In this document: one piece after another, positions 62,435 to 64,000 of the stretch | Layout: every line of letters starts with the position of its first letter | How positions within the stretch are numbered: the first letter of the stretch is position 1 | Assembly (NCBI RefSeq): GCF_009914755.1 | Contig: NC_060927.1 | Length of the DNA: 64,000 bases | Source of the DNA: the human T2T-CHM13v2.0 reference genome, Homo sapiens | Direction: 5' to 3' (one strand) | Program-made: the position numbers and the translations under genes | Notes under the pieces: model-generated | What the model was told of the DNA's origin: nothing | Seen by the model: the letters and a program-made list of their open reading frames with translations, nothing else | Databases searched by the model: none

Positions 62435-62963
62435 TGTTTACTTCTTTCTATATCTGCCTCCTGCTCTGGACCACAAGCTTGATAGGCTAGGAATTGTGCC
62501 TGCTTTCTCAGAAGTCCCCACTGCTCAGCCCGGGGCATCTCAGCTTCCTGGCCTGGAGAAAGGGCAGGAGGGTGTGTCTGTGCACCAAGCACTGGCTGAC
62601 CTCTTCTGACTTGTCTTTACCTGCAGGATGGGCAATGACAAAATCTCTTCCATTTTTTCTTTAAAATCTTCTTTAGTACCAAACATTCTTTGGCAGCCAC
62701 AATCTCCTTCAAAACCCAGGCAAGGCATGCAGAGCTGGGGAAATTGCTGCAGGCAGGGAGCCCATGTCTTGGTGTCTCTCCTACATCTGTAGAGCTCCCT
62801 TGGCCGCTGCCTGCTTATCTGTAAAGTGGGAAAGTAACTAACCTTCCAAGATTAGACCAGATCATGCCTGTCAAAGAGCCATAGAAACTGGAAGACACTG
62901 GCCTCTGTGATTTCTCTGTCTCTGGTGTTTGCCTTCAGTCCATTTCTGAGTATTTTACTATAA

Positions 62964-63160
62964 GCATTTAAAACATCCTCAGCACGTTTAAGAAATCGCT
63001 GTCCTCAAAATGATGCCTGTGTGAGTTTTTGCTGTTGAAGGAATCTCTGATGGTGCCCGCATTTAAAACGTCCTCACCACATTAGGAAATTACCCCCTCC
63101 AAAGTGGTGACTATGTAAGTTGCTGTTAAAGGAATTTCTGATGGTGCCCGCATTTACAAC
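62964..63160. repeat. Diverged tandem duplication, ~91-95-bp unit, ~2.1 copies
   Basis: gcatttaaaac...gctgtt(g/a)aaggaat(c/t)tctgatggtgccc; copies start at 62964, 63059 and 63150. Confidence 0.85.
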
Positions 63161-63206
63161 CAAGTGCCTTCAAGGGAGCCGACTTTGCCTTCAAGCTTCA
63201 ATAACT

Positions 63207-63430
63207 TGTTTTTTTCCTTTCTTTCTTTTTTTTTTTTTTTTTTGAGACAAGGTTTTGTTCTGTCGCCCAGGCTGGACTGCAGTGGCACCATCACGGCTCA
63301 CTGTAGCCTCAACCCCCCAGGGCTCAAGTGATCCTCCCACTTCATCCTCCCGAGTAGCTGGAACTACAGGCTCACGCCACCACGCCCGGCTAATTTTTGT
63401 GTTTTTTTGTAGACGGAGTTTCGCCATAGT
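63207..63430 (-). mobile_element. 5'-truncated Alu (J-like)
   Basis: Poly-T, right arm and part of the left arm. Confidence 0.9.
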
Positions 63431-64000
63431 AACGTGTTTTTCTACCAAATAGACTCTAAAAGTGACTGGTGCACTAACGCCAGCTGATGCATGCCTGCAT
63501 TTTTTAAAGTTTTTAATGGGTAACTGTTTAATTCTTCCCAGGGAGATATTTTCTAGGCGATAGAGATATTTTGTAAATAATATACTTTCTTAGCGTGAGA
63601 GGGAAAGCAAGGAATGAAAAGTCAAAGCACCAAAAGTAAAACTATTTTGCCCTAAGTCAGGTCTAGGGATGGGAAACAGGATTCATTTTAACTCTAAGGA
63701 GTGAACATAGGGATCTCTGGGACATCTGTCTGTCAGGCAGAGTCGTCTGGAACACTTCCTAGAGATCTTGACCTGTCGCCATAAGTAGGGGAGGCTAATT
63801 AAAGGAAATAAAAGACTAGTAGCCAGGAGATTCCAACGTGCTGAAAAAACAAAGGCAGCCAACCTCCAAACTGCTAAGTAAGCTCCCTGCTCTGGCCCTG
63901 CCCAGCTTCCCCTTGCAGCCATCCAGATGCTCTTTGCTTTGCCTTAATTTCCACTACCTACACTTACTCTTCTCTGTTTACCCTGAGGGATTAGCAGAGA

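Noticed and set aside
62964-63160. CRISPR-like repeat-spacer appearance
   Set aside because: Eukaryotic DNA, only ~2 units, the 'spacers' are homologous to each other, and there are no cas genes.

Overview
Primate (almost certainly human) genomic DNA containing the 3' part of PPARG on the + strand. It holds the last three coding exons (classical exons 4, 5, 6: 3729-3928, 14551-15001, 31745-31992), encoding the hinge and the whole ligand-binding domain. A short 3' UTR carries miR-130 and miR-27 seed sites and an ATTAAA signal, followed by ~32 kb with no other supportable gene. The rest is dominated by Alu, MIR, L2, old L1, MaLR/ERVL LTRs and DNA MITEs; nearly all other ORFs in the track are repeat-derived or random. 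The haplotype carries T at exon 6 position 161 (C161T/rs3856806). The best leads concern splicing architecture: a weak exon-4 donor gives the known gammaORF4 read-through, exon-5 skipping gives the known delta5 isoform, the S273-P phosphomotif is split across the exon 4/5 junction, and convergent Alus bracket exons 4 and 5, whose 651-nt block would form a stop-free circular ORF if back-spliced. Other leads are a 575-bp polypurine VNTR, serial same-site Alu insertions and candidate NR/ARE/CEBP/CTCF motifs. I see no convincing wholly new biological system. Repeat family names and boundaries are by eye, and literature points are from recall.
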